From a virus (lineage: Duplodnaviria; Caudoviricetes): a DNA stretch of 64,000 nucleotides. The notes beneath the pieces were generated by a model. That model was not told the origin of the DNA, did no database searches, and saw only the letters and a program-made list of their open reading frames with translations. A program made the position numbers and the translations under genes. Below are positions 8,877 to 18,063 of this stretch, piece after piece; position 1 is the first letter of the stretch, and the number at the start of each line of letters is the position of its first letter. The DNA is taken from positions 64,001-128,000 of the IMG/VR virus record IMGVR_UViG_2936514734_000001, one strand, 5' to 3'.

Positions 8877-8903
8877 AAAAAAGAGCGACCGAAGTCGCCC
8901 AAA
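8877..8903 (-). terminator. UUCG-loop intrinsic terminator next to dif
   Basis: GGGCGAC-TTCG-GTCGCTC-TTTTTT on the - strand. Confidence 0.75.
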
Positions 8904-8980
8904 CGATTTTATTCTACCTATAAACTTAATGCACTCCTATTTTATTGTAGCATAAGCACCCCTCTTTCTTAAAATAAATT

Positions 8981-9008
8981 GGTTCCTATAATATATCTTA
9001 TGTAAACT
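8981..9008 (+). other. dif: dif site (CodV/RipX, XerC/XerD-type)
   Basis: GGTTCCTATAA-TATATC-TTATGTAAACT versus B. subtilis dif ACTTCCTAGAA-TATATA-TTATGTAAACT: 24/28, XerD arm identical. Confidence 0.85.
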
Positions 9009-9076
9009 AGAAAAAGAAATAAGAGAAAAGCTTACCCTTTTTTGAGTAAGCCTACATTATATAAATTCTATAAATT

Positions 9077-10240
9077 TTAATGTTTTACAACAGTTACATA
9101 AGTAAGTTTGCTGACATTATTTGAAGCATCCTTAGCAGTTACATTAATGGTAGTCCCTTTTTTTTGCACAGGGATGTTAACAGAAAATGATCCTTTTGAA
9201 TTTGCTTTTGCGTATCCAATTCTGTTTTTACCTACATTAACAGTTACAGTAGAATTAGCCTCAGCTTTACCAGTTACAACCTTATCATTATCATCTACTT
9301 TATTAACTGTTGGTTTATTAGGTGGAGTAACATCTGACTTTACAACAGTTACATACGTAAGTTTACTCACATTACCCGAACTGTCTTTAGCGGTTACATT
9401 TAGTGTAGTTCCTGCTTTTTGAACAGGAATACTAACCGAGAATGAACCATTTGAATTTGCTTTCGCATATCCAATTCGATTCTTCCCTACATTAACAGTG
9501 ACAGTTGAACCTGCTTCTGCTTTACCAGTTACAACTTTATCGTTATTGTCTACTTTGTTAACAGTAGGTTTATTTGGTGCCACTGTGTCTTTAGCAGCAG
9601 CTTCAAATAAAGTCGAGATTCCATATGCCTCACCAGTTTCACTACTATTTAAATCCATAACAGGTATGTAATATGTACCCGCTTTATTAACTTTATACTC
9701 TTGGACTTCTACTCCATCATCATATTCAGAACCTAAGTACTCTATATATCCATGATCTGAGTAATCATATTCAGTTGCCATAAATAATAAATCCATATCG
9801 GTAGGAGTATCTGTTACTCCACCTACTAATAGAGTACCTTTTCCAGATACGTATACCTTATAAAAATCTATATCGAAAGTATCATTAAATTGTCCAAATG
9901 TCATTCTATCATTTAGGAGTGTATCTGCTATTTTGAAATCATCATTAGGCTCACTCTCGTACATTGGCGACCCGCTACTACCACTAATACTAGCTGCATT
10001 AGATTTATTCGCTGAAAACGACTTTGGAGTTTTTAATGAGTTCAAAGTTTTCTCTTTAAAGTCATTCAGTACACTAGGGCTAATAACGTTATGATTGAGC
10101 GGTTTATCATTTTTCAATTGGCTTTCAATTGCTTTCTTTGAAGCCTCGTAATTGTTGCCTTCTGCTTGAGCTGTACCTACTGATAATGAGGAAGCTAGTA
10201 AACCTACGGACAATAATGAGATAATACCCTTTTTCTTCAT
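9077..10240 (-). CDS. Secreted protein with PPC-like domain and two tandem bacterial Ig-like repeats
   Basis: Signal peptide AQA-E; ESEPND and DIDFY motifs; duplicated DTVAPNKPTVN…VTGKAEA…TVV repeats. Confidence 0.8.
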   Translation of the reverse strand: MKKKGIISLLSVGLLASSLSVGTAQAEGNNYEASKKAIESQLKNDKPLNHNVISPSVLNDFKEKTLNSLKTPKSFSANKSNAASISGSSGSPMYESEPNDDFKIADTLLNDRMTFGQFNDTFDIDFYKVYVSGKGTLLVGGVTDTPTDMDLLFMATEYDYSDHGYIEYLGSEYDDGVEVQEYKVNKAGTYYIPVMDLNSSETGEAYGISTLFEAAAKDTVAPNKPTVNKVDNNDKVVTGKAEAGSTVTVNVGKNRIGYAKANSNGSFSVSIPVQKAGTTLNVTAKDSSGNVSKLTYVTVVKSDVTPPNKPTVNKVDDNDKVVTGKAEANSTVTVNVGKNRIGYAKANSKGSFSVNIPVQKKGTTINVTAKDASNNVSKLTYVTVVKH

Positions 10241-10382
10241 CGAATCTCTCCCCTTAGTTATATGTAACTATCCACTTGCTATGACTATGATACTACTAAA
10301 ATTCCAGCAGAACCACATATTCTCATATTCAAATTTCGACAAAAAAAAGAGCAGCTTAACGCTACTCTTCTTGTGTACACGA

Positions 10383-11213
10383 TTAAGGCATCGGTATAGC
10401 CTGAACCGCCTCTATAAATTGTGGTATAGTAGTTGCTAATGCTGTACCAGCACCAGCTAATCCTGTCACATTAGTTAATGCAGTTGTTGCTCTTCTAATT
10501 AATGAAGGCTTTACTTCCTCACCATTTTCAACTTTTTTAGCTATTTCCTCTACATGATCAATAGCATCTTCTTTCAGCTCTGCATTATCAATATTAGAAT
10601 CTTTTAAAAGCTGAATAAGTTCTTTTGCAATTGATTGTATACCTTCACCTTCATGATTATTATTAGTTTGATTTAATGTAGTATCCCCATATACATCTCC
10701 TTCGTTAGACAGAAAGTTTCCTACAGAAGAATTATTGAATACGTATTTTGCATTTTGTTTTCCTTCAATACCCATTTTTATCGCTTTCTCCTCTAAATAA
10801 GACGTAATATGATCAACTAGTAGATTAACTACTTCTCTATTGAAATTTTTAATCATGTTAACTATCTTTCTGCCCTCACGATATGGAAAAGCAAAATCAT
10901 AATACGACAGATTATTCTCTGTAATATGCTTAAGAAGTTGATAGATATAACTAACTTCTTCATTTTCATCAAATGGAAGATCAAATTTATCTTCGCCATT
11001 TTTTTCTTCAATAATTTTATTAAAGTCATATACTCGCGTGTGGTTCTTTTCAATAAAATCTTTAATGATTGGTTCTTTATCTATTGTGCTAATAAATCTT
11101 TTGGTTAGTCGCAGCGCCTCGTCCATATCAGTTGCTCTGAGCATTTGACCAAAAGCTTTTCTAAAGTTTTTAGATAAAATTTTAAAATCTTCATATGACA
11201 TAACTATTTCCAT
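10383..11213 (-). CDS. Hypothetical protein, translationally coupled to the Zn-ribbon gene
   Basis: TAA-ATG junction at 11216-11211; hydrophobic C-terminal helix. Confidence 0.75.
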   Translation of the reverse strand: MEIVMSYEDFKILSKNFRKAFGQMLRATDMDEALRLTKRFISTIDKEPIIKDFIEKNHTRVYDFNKIIEEKNGEDKFDLPFDENEEVSYIYQLLKHITENNLSYYDFAFPYREGRKIVNMIKNFNREVVNLLVDHITSYLEEKAIKMGIEGKQNAKYVFNNSSVGNFLSNEGDVYGDTTLNQTNNNHEGEGIQSIAKELIQLLKDSNIDNAELKEDAIDHVEEIAKKVENGEEVKPSLIRRATTALTNVTGLAGAGTALATTIPQFIEAVQAIPMP

Positions 11214-11666
11214 TTAATTCACCCCACAATACGGACAGTATGGGCCCGCACTCGCCTTTATTAGAGTAGAAACCTTTGCTTTCTTTAAGCAGCATTGAAA
11301 CTCTACAATATCGTAGTCATTTTGCTCAAAAAGCGGTTGAGGACTGATGCTGGGCTTTAAAGGCTTTCCTGGTTTGAATGTGACATTTTTATTTCCCTTA
11401 AAGATTTTACCAATATCCTTAACGGCTTCATTAAGTAAGTCTATTGCATATTGTTCTGCTTCTGCGTTTGCATTCTCAATAATATCTTCAGTAAGGAACT
11501 CAGAAGGTTCTTGTGGAATTCCACAAGAAGGGCAGAAAATTTGCAGCACATGGTCTTCCTCCACGTCTCCTGGTACAAGCTTAAAACCCTCACTACACAG
11601 GCTACACTCGAAAGAAGAAAAACCATCGTGGTCAGTTTGCTTAGTTATTTCTATTCTTTTTTCCAC
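11214..11666 (-). CDS. Double zinc-ribbon protein
   Basis: CxxC, CPSC, CC, CPYC; SD AGAGGAG fits GTG 11666. Confidence 0.75.
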   Translation of the reverse strand: MEKRIEITKQTDHDGFSSFECSLCSEGFKLVPGDVEEDHVLQIFCPSCGIPQEPSEFLTEDIIENANAEAEQYAIDLLNEAVKDIGKIFKGNKNVTFKPGKPLKPSISPQPLFEQNDYDIVEFQCCLKKAKVSTLIKASAGPYCPYCGVN

Positions 11667-11842
11667 TAACATTTCTCCTCTCTTATACATCAAATATAGA
11701 TTTGCAAAAAGATGCTATATTTCTACAACCTTGGATATATTTACTTATAATTATAGCAAAAAAAAAGAGAGTAGTCGCGACGAACCACTCAAAAACTACC
11801 GATTAGATTAACTTGAGAAATTAATGTGTAGAATAGTATGAA

Positions 11843-11870
11843 CCACATTATGTCATATCTTATGTAAACT
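11843..11870 (+). other. Second, half-degenerate dif-like site
   Basis: CCACATTATGT-CATATC-TTATGTAAACT: XerD arm perfect, XerC arm degenerate. Confidence 0.65.
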
Positions 11871-11895
11871 AGAAAAGGAAATAAAGGAAACCTAC

Positions 11896-12659
11896 TCATT
11901 TCTGATTTAGGATTTCTAAGTGTTTTTGATAGTCTAGATAATATTCTAATGTTCTTTCATATTCATTTGCTTTATTAGCATACTCTAGGTTAATCTTCTT
12001 TTTAATATCATCATTAATGACTAATTCATCATTGTAAATATTTTTCTTTTTCATGTTATTTAGTCTGCTATGATATTGTTTAGCGGAGTTTTCTCCAATT
12101 TTAGTTTTAGTGTGTACATCTGTTAAGTAAGTTGGAAAATTCATAAGTAACCTCCTAGTTAACATAATGTAATTTAAAAAGGAAATCTTCCTGGTCCATT
12201 AACTCGCTGAGGTTCAGGTGCGTAAAAGCTACAATAACCGAAGTGGTAACATTTCATTTTATAAAGAATCACTAAAGCTTTTATTGTATTCATTTTGTCT
12301 TGAAGCCCTTTTCCCTCAGCATAAGAAAAAATATGGCTTTCGACTTCCTTGATCTCTGCTTCTAATTTGATTTTTATATTTTCTTGCATTTCCCTATCTT
12401 TTTTTAGGTACTCATACCATTCCTTCTCTGATTCCTCTTTTGGCTCAGGAGGCATTTCTCTTTTGTTCATAATTTCAGGTACACATATATCTTTTGCATT
12501 AGAATAAATCTTTGCTAAGCTTATTTCGATATACCTTTCGCTATCGACACCAAATTCATGAAAATACGAACATATATTGTCTCTATACTCATTAATTTCT
12601 TCTTTTAGTTTCCTTTTAACTGTTTCTACTATCTCTTTATCTGTATCAAAATCAATCAT
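11896..12659 (-). other. Two hypothetical CDSs (11896-~12144 and 12174-12659)
   Basis: SDs AGGAGG upstream of both. Confidence 0.65.
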
Positions 12660-12780
12660 AGCGAATCCCTCCTGTTACACTTATTTGTTTCTCCTAGATT
12701 AAAAAATGCATAACGTAAACATATTCTTCATCTAATTCAATAATCCTTCTTAATTAGAAAAAAATTCTTATTTTGACATA

Positions 12781-12862
12781 GAAAAAGCGGCTAACATAGT
12801 TAACCGCCTCTTCAAGCTTTTTAAATTGATTTCATTTTACGTTGTAATTGTTGAACATTGCT
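12781..12862 (-). ncRNA. Candidate ~80-nt sRNA
   Basis: TTGTTC(12891-96)-17-TGnTAAAAT(12868-73); GCGGTTAAC/GTTAGCCGC-T5 terminator; no SD-led ORF. Confidence 0.45.
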
Positions 12863-12938
12863 GTTTAATTTTAACATGGGTATTTTTGTGGAACAACGGT
12901 AATTGTTTCCTTCAAAGGAACATTAATCCTTTTGAGAC

Positions 12939-13124
12939 TCATAAGTCTTTTGGATATTCATAAACCATTTGCATTTGGAAAATATCATGCTCTGTAATGT
13001 TTAATTTCTTCAGTTCTCCTTGAAATGAACGCCATGGTTCGATACGAATTACTCTTTTAGTACCATTTCTAAGTGTGTATATCCTATACATAACTTCTGG
13101 TGGCTTTTCATAACGTTTAGACAT
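12939..13124 (-). CDS. Small hypothetical protein
   Basis: SD AGGAG; TGGTATAAT at 13206-13214 on the - strand. Confidence 0.65.
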   Translation of the reverse strand: MSKRYEKPPEVMYRIYTLRNGTKRVIRIEPWRSFQGELKKLNITEHDIFQMQMVYEYPKDL

Positions 13125-13151
13125 TTTTAACTCCTAATGATATAATTAAGT

Positions 13152-13205
13152 TTCTAGTTGTATTTTTGCTAAAGAGAGTATTACCTTTTGGTAATGCTCT
13201 TTTTT
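13152..13205 (+). ncRNA. Candidate antisense RNA over the 5' leader of 12939-13124
   Basis: TAGACA(13118-23)-17-TGATATAAT(13138-46); AGAGTATTACC/GGTAATGCTCT-T6 terminator. Confidence 0.5.
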
Positions 13206-13229
13206 ATTATACCAAAGATTTTAACAAAG

Positions 13230-13697
13230 CTAGGCAGCCACACTTACTTTTTCCTCCAATAGTTGATAAACCTTATCTAGTGATAATTTTTTAATTTCTC
13301 CATGATCAATCAAGTAAAAATACTTATTACATCTTACATAGTCTTTATATACAACCATGTCTTCAGCGGAGAAACTTTCTCCCATTTGAATAAAGTGAGT
13401 TCCGCTATCTCGTAATAACCACAGACCTTTCTTATCTCCTTCTAAATATGAATATAGATCATGAAGGTAAAAGTCATTTTGATAATGAGATAAATGCCTA
13501 CTAACAACCTTCTCCATTTCAAGTAGTTCAGGATAATTAGCAGGATCATGTCCTTCTGGAATAGCCCAGTTTTTTGTTTTATACTTCTCATTTAATTCAC
13601 TTACTTTATCGTATAACTCTGACAACAGCGGGTCTGTAAGCGTTTCTCGTTCAATCCATCTACCGTCTGTATATGTGTAAAAAATAATATCTGTCAT
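13230..13697 (-). CDS. Hypothetical protein
   Basis: SD AAGGAGAG, LLRDSGTH motif. Confidence 0.7.
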   Translation of the reverse strand: MTDIIFYTYTDGRWIERETLTDPLLSELYDKVSELNEKYKTKNWAIPEGHDPANYPELLEMEKVVSRHLSHYQNDFYLHDLYSYLEGDKKGLWLLRDSGTHFIQMGESFSAEDMVVYKDYVRCNKYFYLIDHGEIKKLSLDKVYQLLEEKVSVAA

Positions 13698-13764
13698 TGT
13701 TTTCTCTCCTTTTAGACAAAATAAAAAGAAGCCCTATAACTAAGGCTTCCTTCTGTTTGTATTC

Positions 13765-13950
13765 TTAACTATTTTTCAGTCCGGGTTGTGGGTAAGCAGT
13801 GTTGATTTCTGCTAAAGTTTTTAATACTTCATCACTAGAAAACTGTAGTCTCTTCATATACTCCTCAGTATATCTACGTCTCGCTGATGAAGGCTTAGAG
13901 GAAATAACTACAACTTTACCATTATCATACCGTTTTTTCTGAACAGTCAT
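13765..13950 (-). CDS. Small protein coupled to the DUF4062 gene
   Basis: ATGA overlap, SD AGGAGGG. Confidence 0.65.
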   Translation of the reverse strand: MTVQKKRYDNGKVVVISSKPSSARRRYTEEYMKRLQFSSDEVLKTLAEINTAYPQPGLKNS

Positions 13951-15134
13951 GATTGAATCCCTCCTATTAAATCAGCTACAAAGTTTATAAGCAGGATGTT
14001 ATTACTCATTATAGCATATTCCACTTCGTCCTTGTAAGAGTTAGCTTGTAGGTCTGTCCATTTTTTCTCAATTAACGGATAATGAAAACATAATACAAAC
14101 TCTTTGGACTTAATTGTATAGTAAAGCAATTCTTTTGCTTCAGAATAACCTATTTCTCCATTATCACTAGTATAACAATTCACTACATATGAAGTATCAT
14201 CAGACAAATCATACTCTTGAGTTGGTGTTGTTTCACCGCAACAGCCACAAAGCTTCATTTTTCCATTATCTTGTTTGTAAACAGTCATAGCATTACAACT
14301 ACCAATTGTATTTACTTTCTTTTGAGTTCTTGTACCTGGACGTATAAAAATTTCTCCGCCACTTAACTGAACTCTAGCTGTGTTTAAAAACTCTCCCCAG
14401 TCAACTACTTTTCCATTATCTATAAACGATAATAATGAAGTTGTATACTCCTGATACTGTCGCAAGACTTTTGCGGCATCTGCATTTACAGCCATGCTTT
14501 CTTTATGTGGAATCAGCTTGATTCCTTGACCTAAATGATCACTAAAGTAACCATTAATTTTCTGATAAAATTCTGGTGAACGGGATATGATAAGATCCTC
14601 TGTCCAAACTCGTGCACGCTGAACATCAAAAATAAACGCCCACAAAAAAGGATGAAATCTTTTCTCTTTCAACATATCTCTTTGTGCATCACCCAAATTG
14701 TTTTGAATTACTTCCTCAACTATATCCATTGTATAATTAGGTTCGCGATGATTTGTTTCCATATATTCTTTATAGCGTTTGTTTAAAGGTGTCTTAATAT
14801 GCTCGTCATAAACGCGTTTTATTTTTTCGTCAAAGAAAGCGATAACATACTTTTTCTCCTCAATTGCTGTAAAGAATTCTTCATATGTAGGTGTAGTTTT
14901 CGCCTCTTCCCAATACGTTCCAACATAGTTGTTTACAAGCAGGATAAAAATATCACATTCTTTAACCTTCTGTATACAAGTCTCCATTGTGTCATCAGCC
15001 CAAGGGTAAAAATTCTCCTCAAACAACAAAGGCTGATGGCCCGAAGATTCTAAATGTGCTTTTAAATCTTGTCTTAACGGTTTTAGATCGTCATCATATG
15101 CTGAGCTAACAAAAATCTTAGCTGGATTTGGCAT
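13947..15134 (-). CDS. DUF4062 (TIR/NDT-like) domain protein with unknown, possibly GAF-like, C-terminal domain
   Basis: KIFVSS…DL…R, C…VKECDIFILLV, TYEEF…A motifs. Confidence 0.75.
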   Translation of the reverse strand: MPNPAKIFVSSAYDDDLKPLRQDLKAHLESSGHQPLLFEENFYPWADDTMETCIQKVKECDIFILLVNNYVGTYWEEAKTTPTYEEFFTAIEEKKYVIAFFDEKIKRVYDEHIKTPLNKRYKEYMETNHREPNYTMDIVEEVIQNNLGDAQRDMLKEKRFHPFLWAFIFDVQRARVWTEDLIISRSPEFYQKINGYFSDHLGQGIKLIPHKESMAVNADAAKVLRQYQEYTTSLLSFIDNGKVVDWGEFLNTARVQLSGGEIFIRPGTRTQKKVNTIGSCNAMTVYKQDNGKMKLCGCCGETTPTQEYDLSDDTSYVVNCYTSDNGEIGYSEAKELLYYTIKSKEFVLCFHYPLIEKKWTDLQANSYKDEVEYAIMSNNILLINFVADLIGGIQS

Positions 15135-15199
15135 AATATTCCCCCTTTATATATGTATATAATATCATGAAAAAAGACAGCATAGTTGTACTAGCTGCC

Positions 15200-15831
15200 T
15201 CACCAAACATATTTAGGTAATTCATCAATTGAATCTATCTCATGATCAAACATAATCCATTGGCAACCCTTGCCCATAGCATAACCAATAACAAAAAGAA
15301 GAGAATCAGGAATGGTTTTTTCTTCATCAAACATTTCGTTATATAAAGGGATAAACCATCCATAGCTTCCTTTAGGATAAGTAATTAAATCCATTTCATT
15401 ATCCTGCGTTAATATAGCTTGTTTATCTAACCATTCTGATGCATCTTTTGTCACATGTGCAGTAGATAGTGAAAGCATTTGATTTATTTCCATATTTAAT
15501 TATTTCCCTTCTCTTCTATTAGTTTGTTTAACGGAATTTCTTCGAAACATCTAGGACACACATATGTATGCTCTGTTGCTACTGCAAATAGATCTCTTTT
15601 TGTATTTTGAATACGTGGAGCATCTTCTCCATTTGTTAACATGGTTGCAGCATTCCATTCAAATTCAGTACTATGTGCTTTGCAAGAAGGGCAGAAGTCA
15701 CCTAGAACTTCTGATCCCATATCCTCACTGTCACGAAAATTATCAAAATCTAAAATGTAAATACCTACATTTTTAGGCAAACTAACAGCTTCTGCTACTC
15801 CACCAGATACATGAACAACAACGTTACTCAT
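15200..15831 (-). other. Two phage-type hypothetical CDSs (15200-15493 with LSTAH motif; 15496-15831 with VSGGVA and CxxC)
   Basis: ORF track, operonic spacing. Confidence 0.65.
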
Positions 15832-15847
15832 AATTGGTTCCTCCTGA

Positions 15848-16612
15848 TTAATTTCGTTTTTTTAAATCTTCCATAACAGCTTCTTTTAGAACTGACTCAA
15901 CAAACTCTTTTGTTTTTAATCCTTCTTCTTCATCATAAGTAAAAACAACATCTAATAATTCTTGTTCTTTTTCTTTGACCATAGCTAGTGCATCTTCATA
16001 AGACATTTCTTCATTTCTAAATGCAAGAAGTTTTACTCTTTCTTCATCTGAATAAGTCATAGCGGCTTTGAAGTCTGTAAAGTCATTTTTGTAATAACGC
16101 ATAAAGAAATCTCCAATGCGGTAAGCACCCATCATTTCTTTTCCCCAAGGAGAGGCAATACCTTTAACAGTTAGAGGTTTTCCGCTTGCATCGTAGTGAG
16201 GAAGCCCATTTTCATAATTCCTTTGAGCAAGTCGTAGCTTTGTTCTGATCATTCCTAATGATGATTTGTGAAGATAAGGCAAATTCATTCGAGCAATTTC
16301 TTCTTTTTTCTCTAACAACTTTCTCACATACTTCTCTACTTCCGGAGAAAACACTAGATCGTTTGAAAATAAAACTTCAGTAAAGTTAACATTTGATTTC
16401 CACCATAGATAAGAAAGTTGTCGTGCATCTTTATATTCCACATCATCTCCATTATCAGCGGTAAATGATTTAGCAATGTCTCTATTAGCAAACATATCCT
16501 CAAACAATGGTAAGACAAAAAGCTTATAGTCCTTGTCTGATGAAGGAACTTGTAGGTTATAGTTATGTGAACCAACTAGGGCTTTTAAAAAAGGTGTTCT
16601 TTCATTGCTCAT
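15848..16612 (-). CDS. Pol-beta superfamily nucleotidyltransferase (RlaP/Nuc-transf-like)
   Basis: VGSHNYNL…SDKDY, KSNVNFTEVL; SD AGGAGG gives ATG 16612. Confidence 0.8.
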   Translation of the reverse strand: MSNERTPFLKALVGSHNYNLQVPSSDKDYKLFVLPLFEDMFANRDIAKSFTADNGDDVEYKDARQLSYLWWKSNVNFTEVLFSNDLVFSPEVEKYVRKLLEKKEEIARMNLPYLHKSSLGMIRTKLRLAQRNYENGLPHYDASGKPLTVKGIASPWGKEMMGAYRIGDFFMRYYKNDFTDFKAAMTYSDEERVKLLAFRNEEMSYEDALAMVKEKEQELLDVVFTYDEEEGLKTKEFVESVLKEAVMEDLKKRN

Positions 16613-16613
16613 A

Positions 16614-16994
16614 TTAAGCAGCCTCCTGTTTTGCTTTTTCTTCTTCTTTGATTTGTTCTGCAATAGCCGAAGCAACAGCGGCCACATGAATCAATTCTTC
16701 ATATAAATTGTCCGCATCCGTATCTTTAACACTCTTTAAACCTAAACGTCCTTGAGCGGCTTGACACACTTCTCCCCACTCTTCACCTAGGATAGCTAAC
16801 CATTTACCAATATCATGACGCTGGTATCCCCATAATCCATTCTGACGATAGCGTTCATTAAGGACTGCTCTATTTACATCGAGAACCAACAAGTGCTTTC
16901 CAAAGTCCTCCATGTCTAATTGTACTTTCTCTGCTAATTGCTCAAACCTAGATAGATTCTCCAATGCTTCTTCTTCTAATTTTTTAAGACTCAT
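16614..16994 (-). CDS. MazG-like NTP pyrophosphohydrolase
   Basis: ILGEEWGEV…EELIHVAAVA. Confidence 0.8.
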   Translation of the reverse strand: MSLKKLEEEALENLSRFEQLAEKVQLDMEDFGKHLLVLDVNRAVLNERYRQNGLWGYQRHDIGKWLAILGEEWGEVCQAAQGRLGLKSVKDTDADNLYEELIHVAAVASAIAEQIKEEEKAKQEAA

Positions 16995-17011
16995 TAAAAT
17001 ACTCCTTTACT

Positions 17012-17488
17012 TTATTGGCTTTCATCTATAAGAAGTTGTTTTATTCGTTCTATATTTTCTGCTATAACTTCATCTGGTTCTTCAAAACAATATGCTTCAA
17101 CTTTGAATTGTAAGTCTTCCAGTAACTCTGATTTAGGTGTAAATAAGTACTCACCCTTCTCCATAATCTCAGCATTTTTTACAACAGACATGATCTGGTA
17201 AGATGAATAAGCCCAATCCAACAATTCAGCTATTTCTTTTGAATAGTCATTTGTCTTAATTGCAAAGACATGATCATAGCTCTTCAAGTAGATTATGTAG
17301 ATATCGGTATCTTTTTTAGTTTCTAAATACATCTTTTTTAATTCCATAACCAAATCATAAATACCTCGAGGACAGGCAATTGCATACTCAATCATACCTT
17401 CAGGGAAGGTTACTCCATCTAAATCCCCTCGTAGCTTAACTAAGTAATGCTCACACTCTTTCATTAATTCTAAATCTGCTCTATTCAT
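17012..17488 (-). CDS. Hypothetical protein
   Basis: SD GGAGGAGG before ATG 17488. Confidence 0.65.
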   Translation of the reverse strand: MNRADLELMKECEHYLVKLRGDLDGVTFPEGMIEYAIACPRGIYDLVMELKKMYLETKKDTDIYIIYLKSYDHVFAIKTNDYSKEIAELLDWAYSSYQIMSVVKNAEIMEKGEYLFTPKSELLEDLQFKVEAYCFEEPDEVIAENIERIKQLLIDESQ

Positions 17489-17781
17489 GTTTCTTCCTCC
17501 TCTCCTTTTATGTAACATAAGCCTTTCAGATAAAACGTCAATAAGTAAAATAAAAAAAGAGCCCATTACAGGCTCCTTAATTTATGTATTTCATCTATTA
17601 AATTCAACAACTTATCGATAGCTTCCTTACTATTTACTTCTACTCTGGTAGGCGCAAGAGATTGTAGCTCGATTAGCATTTCAATTAAAATAGCTTCGTA
17701 CATTGAAACACTCCCCTTTTCTAACTAGTATAGAAAGTATTTAGTCGTTGTCAAGAAAGATGAAATAAAAGAAATATTTTA

Positions 17782-18036
17782 CTATGCCGCTTTATAAAGA
17801 TCAACGATCTCTTCAAGCTCAGCTGGATTATATTTAAGAGTACGCTTAATTTCCTTGTCACCATCCATAAGAATAACAACAGGAACACCATATCCAATTT
17901 TTAATTCAGCGGCTTTTTTAGCGCCTTCAGAATCCATTACATTATAAGATGTAACCTCTACACCTTGATCTTCTAAGTAATTACTTACAGGTACACAAGT
18001 AGTGCAACTCGGTTGATAAAATTTAAGAATTTCCAT
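17782..18036 (-). CDS. Thioredoxin/NrdH-like redoxin
   Basis: KFYQPSCTTC and cis-Pro GVPV; follows the RNR genes. Confidence 0.85.
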   Translation of the reverse strand: MEILKFYQPSCTTCVPVSNYLEDQGVEVTSYNVMDSEGAKKAAELKIGYGVPVVILMDGDKEIKRTLKYNPAELEEIVDLYKAA

Positions 18037-18063
18037 ATTAATACCGTCCTTATTTATTAAATC

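Larger units (their letters stand above)
8981..11884. mobile_element. Putative Xer-integrated (IMEX/dif-module-like) cargo cassette
   Basis: 29/30-bp direct repeat at 8993-9022 and 11855-11884 containing the XerD arm; three cargo genes between. Confidence 0.55.

Noticed and set aside
9080-9590. Tandem ~255-bp DNA repeat
   Set aside because: Encodes two Ig-like protein domains
8993-11884. Repeat read as a SigE/SigK promoter (CATAAGAT on the - strand)
   Set aside because: The 24/28 match to dif with a perfect XerD arm explains it better
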